DNA of 64,000 nucleotides from Dimorphilus gyrociliatus (GCA_904063045.1 CAJFCJ010000002.1:248001-312000), one strand, 5' to 3'; positions 39,346 through 51,984 are shown, counted from the stretch's first letter. Program-made: numbers and translations. The notes: generated from the sequence alone by a model not told the origin.

Positions 39346-40765
39346 ATGAAAGCTCTAATTTTCTTTTTAACCGCTGTTCTTTTAGCTGCCAGCGAAGGTT
39401 CGTTTTTGCTTATTAAATACATATTTCTTTAACAAAAATACTCTAAAACTCTTTCAGATATTTTGGATGTACCAAACGGATGTCCAAAGAATTGGGCGCA
39501 TCTGAATAATAGAATGTCTTACATTTTATTCGAGCAAAACAGAACCCAAACTGATGCAAACGAATTTTGTAAAAGCCAAAAGGGGCATTTATTATCACTA
39601 TGGTCTAAGGAGGAGAGAGAGTTCATTGAAACTTATATATTAAATGGGGTAAGATTTTTTTCTTTCCTTTATAAATTCAATTTGTTTTATTATTAATTAT
39701 TATCCTGTTATATAATCATTGTACTAGTACGATATTGCGTAACAAGATATACAAAACTTACTATTATAACTGATAAATTAGGTATTATAGACTAGATAAC
39801 CTGATTTTTTTTCATTGATCGTATAAAATGAAAACGTTCAAGATGACTTACTTTTTTAATTTCATGGTCTTGTGACTAAATACAACGTAAGAAGAAATAT
39901 CCTACATAAGCTAATACTAATATTTATTTGATTATCTTTTATTTTTAATAAGACAAATATGCTACTTTTCGTTGTTGTATAATAGTATCTTAGTTTTGTT
40001 ATAAGAGAGTTTTTTTTTATAGACTTTAGGCATTAATTTATATTCTAAAAGTGTTATTAATATTCATTCTACTTTCTCTTTTTCTAGACAAATAGTCAAA
40101 ATCAGACTAAGATATGGATAGGAATGTTGGCGCCGAGTTATAGAGGATACAATTGGGAATGGCTTGATACTTCCAGTCAAAATAACTTGATAAATATATT
40201 GCCGAAAGGTTAGTAGGAATCGTTTCTAAATAAGTGAAATTCGCTTTTGTAATACCTTAAAATTATTATTTTTTTATCTAGTTACAACCACGTCGTGTTT
40301 GGCAGCAGAAATAGTAGATGGTAATATTTGTTATGTACCTCATCACTGTAATGATAAACTTCCATTTATTTGTAAAAGAAGTAAGCACTGGGAATAATTT
40401 TTTTGTAACCTTAAACCTGCTCTAATGCCGAAATTTTTGTTTGTCTAATTGTCTTTTGTTTAGGCTGCTACAAAGTGTATCGTGCCGGCCTACCATGGGA
40501 TGAATTCGACATTACAAAAAATATCTCTTCATACGAAGTATTTGAAGATCGTTTTAGGAGTTCGTGGTTTTATCCGCTTTACGATCCTAATCTTGGATAT
40601 AATGTAAACTATACAGAAAAGATTGACACAAAGAATGTATTTGGGGATTCGAGGTGCGCGTTCGAGTGTCTGCAGGAGCCGGATTGTGTTTCATTCATTA
40701 CAGAATGCTTGAAGAAGCGAGAATGTATGACATCCCAATGTCATCTGCTTAGATTTATTAAGTAA
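39346..40765 (+). CDS. Secreted C-type lectin domain + PAN/apple-like domain protein, 5 exons
   Basis: Signal MKALIFFLTAVLLAASE. CTLD assembled from exons (CPKNWAHL, ANEFCKSQKGHLLSL, IWIGM, CNDKLPFICKR). Last exon has CAFECLQEPDCVSF, a PAN/apple signature. Confidence 0.75.
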
Positions 40766-40807
40766 ATGTGTTATGATTAAATAAAATATGAGCTCATTTA
40801 TTGAAAG

Positions 40808-41720
40808 CTAAGATAGACCCTCTCTAATTCTCCTAATTAAATCATATCTGTCTTTTGGAGGTGTAATAAAGTATTGTTTTTGTAGTTCAGAGTATCTTTC
40901 AACAACTTCGACAACGTCCCTATATGCCCAGTCTTTCCAATTTCCATTAAACTTTTCTAGGGCTTCAATTTTCTTTTCATCAGTTAATAGAACATCAATA
41001 GGTTCAAGTTTAGGTAAATTAGAATAGAGAAGATTTTTAAAAACAATAACTCCTCGATAAGCGAACCAACCTCCAAATTTCGGATGAATACTAACTCCAT
41101 ATATAGATTTTGTTTCTGGCCATGGACAAGTTTTTACATCGCTTTTCTGATAATAGTATGCCGCTCCAGAACAATGACCAGCTGTTTGAACCAGTATTTT
41201 CGGCCTTCTTGTTGCGGTTAATTCATAATCGTACAATACATCAACGTCCTCTTCTAAGCAAGTCTATTTGTAAAAATATTATTGAATATTATATTAGTAT
41301 TAGCCATAGTAAATCAAAGATTTCAAATAAAAATAGTATTTACCTCCTTTACTAAACTAAAATAATAATTCATACACTGATCAAGCGGATCAGATGAAGA
41401 ATTTTTATAATGTTCACTTCTGACAAATGGAATAAATGCTTTTTCAAAGACAGATGGAGTACTAATAATAATAAAAGCTATACAGTCGTCGTGATATGGC
41501 AATTTAAATGCTTCATCCTTTTTTTGAACCAATTCGTTATACCAAGATATCTGAAAGATTGTGAGCGATATAAGAACAAGATAATAAATTTGGCAATCAT
41601 CTTGTGAAAAGAATTTGTCACACAACAAGAAATATAGACTACCTTAAATGGGTGAATGCTAAACCCTAAAGGAGAGAGTATATTAGATAAACTAGTTTTA
41701 ATTTCTTCAAAGTTTCCCAT
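40808..41720 (-). CDS. MMACHC: Cobalamin-processing enzyme CblC, 3 exons
   Basis: GFSIHPFK|ISWYN; STPSVFEKAF; DPLDQC; RRPKILVQTAGHCSGAAYYYQ; GVSIHPKFGGWFAYRG. Confidence 0.95.
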
Positions 41721-41801
41721 GCGTGGAGTAAGTCCTATATTACCAGCGGAAAATATTTGACCTTGGTAACCATCTACGTATTTGAAATATATAAGCTCAC
41801 T

Positions 41802-41812
41802 AGCGCCATCTA
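41802..41812 (-). promoter_or_regulatory. CTCF-like motif TAGATGGCGCT ~80 bp upstream of the MMACHC ATG
   Basis: Exact 10-mer core in a divergent promoter. Confidence 0.5.
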
Positions 41813-42353
41813 TACGACAAAAAACTAAGTTTAATAAAACTATTGTTGTATTAAAGATAGATTTAAATAAATTTCACGGTTGACTTAATGTAGATAATTA
41901 ATTTAATGTCTAAACGGTTTGCTTTTATCACGAAAACACGAAAATAAAAACAAAAAGAAACAAAGAGGAAATAGATGAATAAAATACATGAAAAGTGTAT
42001 ATTAACTAACATTATGATATTTAATACATTTTATACATTTAAAAGAAAAAATTAATTAAAACATCTACACCTGCCGTTAAGTTAACAATAAAAAAAAGTT
42101 TTCTAAATACATCTGTTACGGAAATCATACAACACGTTTCCTTAACGTTAAAAATCAAAATTCATTATTGAACAGAGAGTTCATCGCCAATCATCCAATT
42201 TGTATAGAGATTAACAAAGTTTTCATAAAATAAATAACAATAGTATTGTATCGAAAAGATTTGGATTAATTAAAGAAAAATATTTCAAGCTAATAACAAT
42301 TTGAATGAAATTTGAATGAGAAACTAGGAAATTGATAAAGAAAACTTTTTCCG

Positions 42354-43188
42354 ATGACTATTCAATATCGTTTTAGTAGCAGCGAAACAGATGAGGAAAC
42401 GTTGATCAGTACAAAAAAATTATTAAAAGGTAAAGAATAAAGATAAATGAAAAGTAATAGAATCTATTTAAAAGAGTATATACTGTATATGCATATATGG
42501 TTATTTATTTTAAAAAAATCAATACTTTCTATCTATATACACGCCGACTATTACGAGTGTTGTAAATGATAAGGAGATTTGTTTTCGTAATCCATTAAAT
42601 TAAGCACGTTGTAAGCTTTAGCTGTTGTATCGCATAAATAAAACTGGTATTCATTTAAATTTATACAAACGAGCAAACTGGTTATCAGCATGGAAGAAAA
42701 CGCAACTTTTGTAAATGTTAATGACGCGAAAGTAACAGTTGGAAAACAACAAGATGTGGCAACTTTTGGTAATTATTAAAATAGAAAACCTATAAATATG
42801 CAGTTTATATACATATATATAGATATATAGTTAGTTAACGATAAGATCTTATGTTTCTGGTAATAAAGATAAGACAGATAATTTCCCTTCCTGATTCCTT
42901 CATTTTATTTGAAATGAGCTAACAAACAGTTTACAAACTGATGTACATATTTATTTTCTAAACAGATTATATCAATATAGTTTCAATAGATAGATAAGTA
43001 ACTAAATTATTAAGAATTTAGATTGTTATTATTGTTGTTGTTATTGTAGTGGTAGTGTTTGCAGTTTCCTTCTACTCAACGTGATGGATTTTTTTCTTTC
43101 TCATTATTTATATTGAAAAGAAATAAAAAAACAAATTGTATATACGCATATATATATATATCTATATATATAAATATACTATATATAC

Positions 43189-43222
<34 letters not shown>

Positions 43223-46200
43223 GTGTATTATGTATATGCAGATATATTTATATAGCTTATAAAGCAGTAAAAGAAATTTGGCTCCTTGTTCATGTAAGTA
43301 CTGTTACTACTCCTCCTTCAATTGAAAATATGTCACATTTAGTAGGGAGTTAAGCCGATTTATTCCTAATAATGATTTTTATGGATTAGCTATAAAAAGG
43401 AAATTAATACACTTTTCTCGATAATTTTTGTAAAGCTTTCCAATTTTATAGATGCATATTTTTTTGCTTTTTAATAAAATATGGATTTTTTTTAGACGAC
43501 TATTTGTAGATATTTAATTGACGAACACGATGTTATTGTTTCAAGGTTAAAATTTATAAAAATTTAACTGTTAAATAGCTTCATCTTTTTGCAACAAGAA
43601 ATTTATAATACTAATTTGTATAGACCTATACAACGGTAGTTTTCATTATATACGGTTGATGGCGCTTTAATCGCTTATTTGTCTTATCGATTACGATTCT
43701 TCATTCGCTCATGACAAACCGTGAATTGTACAAAAACCAAACAATATTTCAACAAAATGCATAGCAAATAATAAGCAGAAGATGACGGATAATAGATCAG
43801 ACAATTTCGATAGACTTATTATGGACGATGTTGAGGATGTATCATTTCTGCAACCAGGCCATGGTTGAATTTCATAACTTTAGATCTAACCAAGTTAAGT
43901 TTTCAATAATTTGAATTTTCAGATTCCAGAAGGAGCGGCAAGAAGGCAAAGTACGACCAGAGTCAATTCGTTTGCCCAAAAATAAGGATCTATGCTCTTG
44001 CTGCAATGGGTGCAATCCTTTTCATTGTCATAGCTATGCTGGCTGCCTTCCTGCCCAGAAATTGCGAAGAACTAAAAAGTCCTGTAAAGGCTACGAATTC
44101 CTCTCAAGAAGACATAATTCCAAGTGTATCTCGAAGATTGCCAGAAAATATCCAACCGATACATTACGACCTGCAGATAGATGCTCGGCTTAGCGATTGG
44201 ACGTTCAACGGTTTAGTCACAATTCTTGTCAAGGTTAAAAAATCAACGAATCGCATAATTCTACATAGTGTCAACCAAACGATTAAAAGCGTTGCCGTCA
44301 CTGGCCATAAGGAAGCAACATTTACTGTCGATCAGACGCTACAGCAGCTAAAGATTGAACTAAACAGTAAACTGGAAACAAGTAAAACTTATAACTTAAC
44401 TATTGAATATGAATCGGTTATCTCAAGCGGTCTTGACGGTTTCTATCAAAGTACTTTTACAGATAAAGGTAAAAAATTCAGATTAGCAACCACTCAAATG
44501 GAACCAAATGGAGCTCGAAGAGCTTTTCCCTGTTTTGATGAACCTGCTTTCAAAGCTACATTCACAATTTCGATAATTCATGATAAAAAGTATACAGCAA
44601 TCTCTAATATGCCTGGTACAACTGCTTCATTAAAACATAATAGGGAGAAGACCACATTTAGTAAAACAGTTAAAATGAGTACATATCTCGTTGCTTTTGT
44701 GGTATTTGAAAACTTTGGATTTGTCCAAACAACTACTGGAAAACACAACAATATATCAGTAAGAGTTTACGCACCATCTTTTGAAGTGAACAAGACGCAC
44801 TTCGCCTTAAATACAACAAGAGAGATTATAAAACATTATGAGAAATTATTCGGCATCGAATTTCCGCTGCCGAAATCAGATATGATAGCTATACCTGACT
44901 TTAGTGCTGGTGCCATGGAAAATTGGGGTCTAATTACTTATCGAAGAACTGCAATTTTATATGATGAAAAAACCAGCAGTGGAAGAGATAAGCAATGGGT
45001 AAGCATTGTTATCGCCCACGAATTAGCCCATCAATGGTTTGGGAATTTAGTCACGATGAAGTGGTGGAATGATTTATGGCTAAATGAAGGATTTGCATCT
45101 TTTGTTGAATTTTTAGGTTCAGATGCGGTAAATCCAGAATTAAGAACGGTAAGTTATAATACTTCTTATATCCTTTCATTAAAATTACTTCATTCACCAC
45201 TTTAATTGTAAACAAACTTAAAAATCTATTTTATTTCCTGTTGTAGCTAGAACAATTCTATACGGAAACGCAGTCGGGAGCGTTACAAGCCGATGCCTTA
45301 GCAAATTCCCATCCCATTGACGTTCAAGTAAATGATGGAGCTGAAATTGGAGAATTATTCGATTCCATATCGTATAACAAAGGCTCTTCGATTTTATACA
45401 TGCTTTATACAGCCATGACTCCTAAAAAATTTAAAAAGGCAAAGATTATTTATTCGACAAATCTTATTTGTAATTTCCTCCTTTAATTCTAAATTACCAG
45501 GGCTTGGGGCAGTACTTGAAAGATTTTGCATACAGTAATGCAGAAACCAAAGACTTATGGGGAAAACTAGAAAACGTAATGTATTTAATTAGTAATAAAA
45601 TATCATTATACTTTGTTTATGTTGTATGGAATAGTTTTCTTTTAATTTTCTTAATAATTACTTATTCTACTATAGACAACAAATATACCAGTGGCGAAGA
45701 TGATGAATACTTGGGTAAAGAAGAAAGGCTTTCCTGTTGTAATGGTAAAAAAGATCGGCGATAGAAAATTATCACTTACTCAAGAGAGATTCTTTGTATC
45801 GCAAAACGAAAGGAGGAAATACAAGGATGACGAGTAAGAATATAATTTTGTATTGTTAACAATTCAGCTCTATTCTTATTTTATTCTATAATTTTATAGT
45901 TATACTTGGATTATTCCGATAACGTATAAAACCAACATAGACAAGGGGATGCAGTTAATGTATCCTAAGAAAGACTTTACTATAAATTTACAAAAAGGTA
46001 CAGAATGGTACAAAGTAAATGTAAATCAAACAGGATTTTATAGAGTCAATTATGATGATGCTGGATGGAACTCAATTATTAACTTACTCGAACGCAATCA
46101 TACGGTAACTAGCTTCTAATAGATACTTCAAGTAAATCTTTGTTGGAGTAGTTTGTTTTTTTTTTTTTAAAAAAAATATCGCAATCTTGTGTAATATATT

Positions 46201-47541
46201 AGCCATTCCCTCATTTTCCTTTTTCCTTGACTTACTGATTGAATATAAAGTAATAAATTTACTTCCCCACAGTCACTAAACCCTTCGGATAGAGCTGGTC
46301 TAATATCCGATTCTTTTGAATTAAGTAGGGCAGGGTTGGAAAAAATAAGTCGATTCCTTAACTTAACGAAGTATCTTAAGAAGGAAAAGTCTTATGTTCC
46401 TTGGAAGATAGCCACTCTAAATCTTAATTACGTTACCAGTATGCTTAAGGATAATCCAGAAATTTATGCAGCCCTTACTGTAAGTTAGCCCTCTCTCTCT
46501 CTTTTTTTTTTTTAAAATTTGATAAAAAAAAAGGTGAAAGGTTATCCATTAAAAATGTTTTATCTTAAAAGAATCATACAAGAGAACTGATTAAGGATAC
46601 TCTTAAGTCACTTCGTTCCAATTCAAAAACAAGTGAAGAAAATCATTTAAAGAAATCCTTAAATGCTACACTAATATCAACAGCTTTGGCAATGGGGGAT
46701 AATGAAACCATTCAGGAAGCTTTAGATAATTACAGAAAAAATCGAAAGTAATGAGATTTTTAACTAAATTTTAACGACGTCTTACAACTAATTATTTGTT
46801 GTTCTTTTTAAATAGTTCTACGAGCAATATCGATTCTTCCATTCGGGGACTTGTCTACTCAATTTATGTAAAAACCGGATGTAGAGCGGAATGGGAAGAA
46901 ATTTTTGATAAATTTAAGAAAGAGAAAGATCCAACCGAAATTAGAAGATTATTACTATCCCTAACTGATACGAAAGATGCTGAATTGCTAAAGAAATTAC
47001 TAAAGATGTCAATAGAATCCAAAATAATCAGGAAACAAGATGGCTACATGGTTGTTAAGGAAATACTCCAAACTCACGCTGGTCACGATCTAGCTTGGAA
47101 TTTCATTAAGAGAAACTGGAAGACTATTGTAAAGACGTCAGTTGTAAAAATATTTCCAATATATCTTTCTCTAATTAAATTATATAACTGATTTACAAAG
47201 CAATGATACCAAAATTATTATATTTCATATTTTTTCTCTCTTTCCAATCATCTTTTAGGTGGTCCGATAAAGCCTACAGTCGAATATTTAAGGCAAGTGC
47301 CAGTCTAAAATCAAATGAATATGACTTACAAGAGGTATTTAGTATAAATCGTCGTCCAAGTTTAAAGCTAATTTTTGCAATTTTCTCTAATGTTTAATAG
47401 ATGAAATTCTTTGTTCAATCCATTTTGGGAAATAAACCTCGCCCCAGAGCCGTAAAGCAAAGTCTTGAAGAAGTTGAAAGAAACATAGAATGGAAAAAAC
47501 GTATAAAAAGAGAATTATCCGAACTGTTTTTGAAATTATAA
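42354..47541 (+). CDS. Membrane-bound M1 zinc aminopeptidase (ANPEP/ENPEP/LNPEP-like, type II TM), multi-exon with alternative first exons
   Basis: TM IYALAAMGAILFIVIAMLAAFL; RRAFPCFDEP; GAMENWGL; HELAHQWFGNLVTMKWWNDLWLNEG (HEXXH-18-E); YNKG. Exons traced to the stop at 47541 (…NIEWKKRIKRELSELFLKL*). Confidence 0.93.
43140..43252. repeat. (AT)n microsatellite between the aminopeptidase 5' exons
   Basis: Direct reading; explains spurious ORF 43059-43262. Confidence 0.9.
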
Positions 47542-47625
47542 AACAATAACGCTTGTAAACAAGCTAAATATGACTTGACCACCCATTAAATGCGGAATGC
47601 ATTTAATTAGTTTTATTATATTTAC

Positions 47626-47633
47626 TACACATA

Positions 47634-47665
<32 letters not shown>

Positions 47666-47720
47666 TGCATACATACATACATACACATACATACACTTTA
47701 TGAATATATATATATATATA
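47626..47720. repeat. (CA)n/(ACAT)n/(AT)n compound microsatellite in the aminopeptidase 3' region
   Basis: Direct reading; explains spurious ORF 47597-47785. Confidence 0.9.
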
Positions 47721-48926
47721 ATACTTATCATTTACATTTATTCATATGCGATTTATGTGTAAAAATTCTGAAATATACAAAATAAACGTCAGAAAGTCTT
47801 TTTAAATGAAATTATTAGCTTTCTTTAATGTTATATGGTAAAAAAATAACTGACAAATACAGATTTTATTTTCGAACATGTCTTGATTTACGCTTGTTTA
47901 AAGTCTCTATCAATGTTTTGTAAATGAAATTTCCTATTATATAACAATATAAAAAATACGCTTTAAATAAATTAATATAATTTCCAGTGTGTATTTGCAG
48001 AATAAATAATTCATTAATAACCTATTGATTTCCTTGTAACCTAAATTCATCCTACCTGAACAGGTTTTTCTTTTTTTTTTGTTGAATTAAGTAATTCTCC
48101 AGAGGTTATTCAAGCCAAAAAAATGGAATAGGTCATAATAATAGACAAGTCTTGGCACGAATGTATAATAAATATTAAATTTGTTGTATGTTTTCTAATT
48201 TGCGTTACCGAATACAGATATATATTTATATATCTCCTTGTAAGATTTTATATAAGATATACATATGAATATATTTATATAAAAACCTATCAGACTGAAA
48301 AATGCTTTCATTTTTCCTTCCAAAATCAATGGCTTCGACAAATCAGTCTAGTGGAACAGTTCCCTCCAGGGATGAACATAGATTCTGCCCTCTGTTTGGA
48401 GACTACTATTCGAAGCCACTCTAGGGGATAACTAGGCATAATTCGCACTATGGGAAGATCTATTGCTTTTATTAAATAAAATTCTATTTCACTTTAAATA
48501 CTTTTACTGCTTCTATTAGTTGACAATAATTAGGTAGATTTTTTAAACTAGAAAGAAAGGAACTATATAGTAGATAAATTAGTCTTCTTAAGTGATAAGT
48601 GACGATTTGATTGATGTTTATATCACCTCTTGATCATTTTGACAAAGTAACTTACAAAATTTGCAAACAAAACAACTAAAAAATTGTTATTTGATACGAT
48701 TTGAATAAACTATTAAAATTAAGAATGAATTCAATATAAAATATCCGCTCTAACAGGAAAACGAGAATAATGGGAAGAGGTCAAGTTCGTTCTGCAATTC
48801 TTTATCAATTAGAATAGCTCTGGTATGTAAGAAAGTATACGAAGTGCATTAAAAAACGAGTTTGTGCAAGAATCTTCCCATTTCATTCTCATAAAAACGT
48901 TCTTATGCATACTATGCGCAATTCTT

Positions 48927-49036
48927 TCTCTCTCTCTCTCTCTCTCTCGCTCACTCATATACTAGCACTCATGCTCACACAAATATAGTACATACTAAAT
49001 TATTCTCTCTCTCTCTGACTCCCGGCCTCTCGCGCA

Positions 49037-49071
<35 letters not shown>
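48927..49071. repeat. (CT)n tracts upstream of the UGT-like gene (possible GAGA-type elements)
   Basis: Pure CT runs at ~48927-48948 and ~49039-49071. A regulatory role is inference. Confidence 0.8.
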
Positions 49072-49075
<4 letters not shown>

Positions 49076-49401
49076 CTAATAAATCAATCTGTAAAAAAAA
49101 GAGAGAACAATTTAGAATGGGCTTGTTTTTTAAACAAATTTTATTCGATGAAAGAGCATACCACTATCATAAAATTCTTTTCGTAAAACTATTATAAAAT
49201 TTCTATTCCTCGTGCCCGCAAGTTTTTACAGTAGTATACAAACAGGAAGCTATTCTCTAAACGTATACGTTTGTATATTGTACGTGATAGACGGTGAATC
49301 ATAAAAAAAAATCTCAAGAAAGTGAAAGGTGTTTCGTTTCTCTTGGATATTTTGTTTCGTCGACAGATGGCAGTACATTTCTAAGGTTAAAGGTCTTCAA
49401 G

Positions 49402-51106
49402 ATGAAAATAAACAGTGCCCTCCTAATTCTTTCCTTCGTTCATATTGTAAGTACGGCAAAAATTCTTCTTCTTACAATACAAGTTCCAGAAAGAACAGTT
49501 CCCATATGGACGATAGGAGACGCTCTCGTAAAAAGTGGCCACGACGTAAGCAACTTTTGGTAGATTTACATATTCAGTCTATTTAAAGAATCAAGTTTTA
49601 TAACATACTGGTATATTTTTTAAATAAATATACTAACTAGGTTGTTGGCGTCTTGAAGTCGACTTATCCTGTGAAAACTACACTAAAAAGCTTCAGAAAA
49701 TATGTAGAACCTTGGACTTATGAAGGGGTCGAAGGTCAAACGAATGAATTTTATAAATTTAATAGAACCAACATTCAATTTTACTTTAACGAAACTTTGG
49801 CAATGTTATCCGATTCAGGATTGATGCGCCAAATACAAGATTATAAATTCGATTTGGCTATTATCGATGGTCCTTCCTCGTGCAGATTTATGCATGTCAT
49901 CGCCCATCGATTTAATATTCCCTATATAACTTATGCTGATAGTCTAGATGATCCAGCTTTTGGAGGTTTTCCTTTAATAGATGAACATATGAGCTTTTGG
50001 GATCGTTTGAACTATGTCGTCTCAAGATTTCTTCCTTATTTCCGGGAGCCTATCCACAAAAACATCCTCTTTAAATACCGTCAGAATGATAATATAAATC
50101 ATTGGGAGGATCTAGTAGCCGTATCAGAGTTATTTATAGTACAAAATAGTTATTTCTTATATAATCCATCGCCAATTTGGCCTAACGTACTGAATATACA
50201 TTCCGTCACAGCTCATTCCGCCAAAATACTTCCAGTAGAGCTAAATAACTTGCTAAAAGCCCAAGAAGGGAATAGTATTGTGATTATTAATTTTTATTCC
50301 TGCAAATTTTCAATTAGTCAAACAAAACTTTTATTGAAAACATTCGAAGGAATAGACTGTTTCTTCATTTGGAATTATCAATTAGGGGTTGATGAGAGGA
50401 AGACATTACATGTGCCCGATAACGTCCGACTATGGACTCGACTACCTATCAACGATATCTTGGGAGATGATAGAGTGAATATGTTAATTACCGATGGCTC
50501 TTCAAATAGTAAAATAGAAGCAATCTTCCATGGTAAACCGATGCTTTATATTGAGGTATTTCCTAATATCACGAGACCATCTCTTTTAACATCCATTAAA
50601 TGTTTATTAAGGGGTACATAAAAAGTGGGTTTTAACCTTTCTAATCAATTAGGCTACTAATAAAGAGAAAGTCGAGACCAAAAAAGTACTCTAAGCCTAG
50701 CATCTCGTTACGGATCACGTGATGTTTACGAAATATCTCAATACATGACGCCGAACGAGTTTACAACAGTAAATACGGCCGCCAGTTAAGTTTGATGGAT
50801 TTACAAGAGCAAAAGCTACGTGAATGTATTCTTGAAGTATTGAGTAACGAAGGCTATAGGAAATATGCAGAAAAGGCTAAAAATATAATCCGATCCGAAC
50901 CGCTAAGTTGTTTGAACAGAATAACTCACGAAGTACAAAACATAGTTAAATTTGGTGGGAGCCATCTAAAAAGCTCTGGACAAACTCTACCTATATTTAG
51001 CTATCGTATGTTAGATATACTTGGTTTCTTGCTTTTTGTCTCATTTTTGCTTACTGTTATCACTTTCAACGTTGTTAAATGTATTTTTAATTGTGGTTTT
51101 AAATAA
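49402..51106 (+). CDS. Divergent UDP-glucuronosyltransferase-family protein (possible pseudo-enzyme or pseudogene)
   Basis: Signal MKINSALLILSFVHIVSTA; LVKSGHD|V; FDLAIID; degenerate signature LPINDILG...EAIFHGKPM; C-terminal GGSHLK...LDILGFLLFVSFLL TM. The junction at 50556-50790 cannot be modelled cleanly. Confidence 0.78.
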
Positions 51107-51155
51107 GAAAAGCAGACAGAAAGAATAAAAGAAATCTGTATTCTATTTCGTATAT

Positions 51156-51984
51156 TTATGTTGTATTATATTGTCGAGCACCAAAAATAGTACTGCCTAC
51201 TCTAATATTTGAGCTGCCATTTTCTATTGCGTGTTCAAAATCATTTGACATTCCCATTGATAATTCTATATCGAGTTCGTTCAATCCCAACTTCTCAGCA
51301 ACATTTTTCCTACATTGAATTAACTGTTGAAAGTCTGGATTAGGTCCTAAAGTTAAATCGTAGTTCATTGCTCCAATTGTCATTAGTCCTTTAAACATTA
51401 AGCTTGGACAGTTTTGACGTATATGATCTACTAGTTTATGAGCCTCTGACGGATTAATTCCTGATTTTTGATCTTCTCCGCTAGTGTTTACCTGAACCAT
51501 TACGTTTAGAGCATCTTTCGCTTCTACTCTCTGCCATGATTTATTCACTGCGTTCGCTAACTTTTCGCTGTCGATTGTTTCAATCATATATAAATTTGGT
51601 ATTGTTGTAATCTTGTTAACTTTATTACTCTGAAGATGACCAATAAAATGCCATTTTATATCTGGACATGCTTCGTTTAAGACATCGTCCCTTGACTTTT
51701 CCACTAGTTCGTTAACGTAATTTTCGCCAAAATTTCTTTGACCTGAAAGCGGGACAAGGGTCAATTATTCAGCTTTAGTATTAAAAGAAATTACCAGCGT
51801 TATACGCGTCTTGTATTTGTGATGAGGGCTTCGTTTTCCCCACAGCTACTAAACGGACATTTACCGAATCATAACAAATAGGTCGATTTTTTATGGCATG
51901 AGCTATCCTATCACGAACCTTGCTTAAATTTTTCGCGATTTCAGACATCGCTTTTCCAGCCGACCTTGACATTTTTTGAGACAC
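51156..51984 (-). CDS. PLPBP: Pyridoxal phosphate homeostasis protein (YggS/PROSC), 2 exons
   Basis: RLVAVGKTKP (PLP lysine); AG|QRNFGENYVNEL; WHFIGHLQSNKV; VMVQVNTSGE; GLMTIG; LSMGMSNDFEHAI; NIRVGSTIFGAR. Confidence 0.96.

Noticed and set aside
43255-43300. Fourth candidate aminopeptidase 5' exon (strong GTAAGT donor)
   Set aside because: The phase-1 frame has an upstream stop and no ATG; at most a non-coding exon.
50720-50725. In-frame TGA-TGT in the UGT-like gene as possible selenocysteine
   Set aside because: The upstream frame is not UGT-like, no SECIS is evident, there are only 49 nt to the next gene's stop, and no Sec-containing UGT is known to me.
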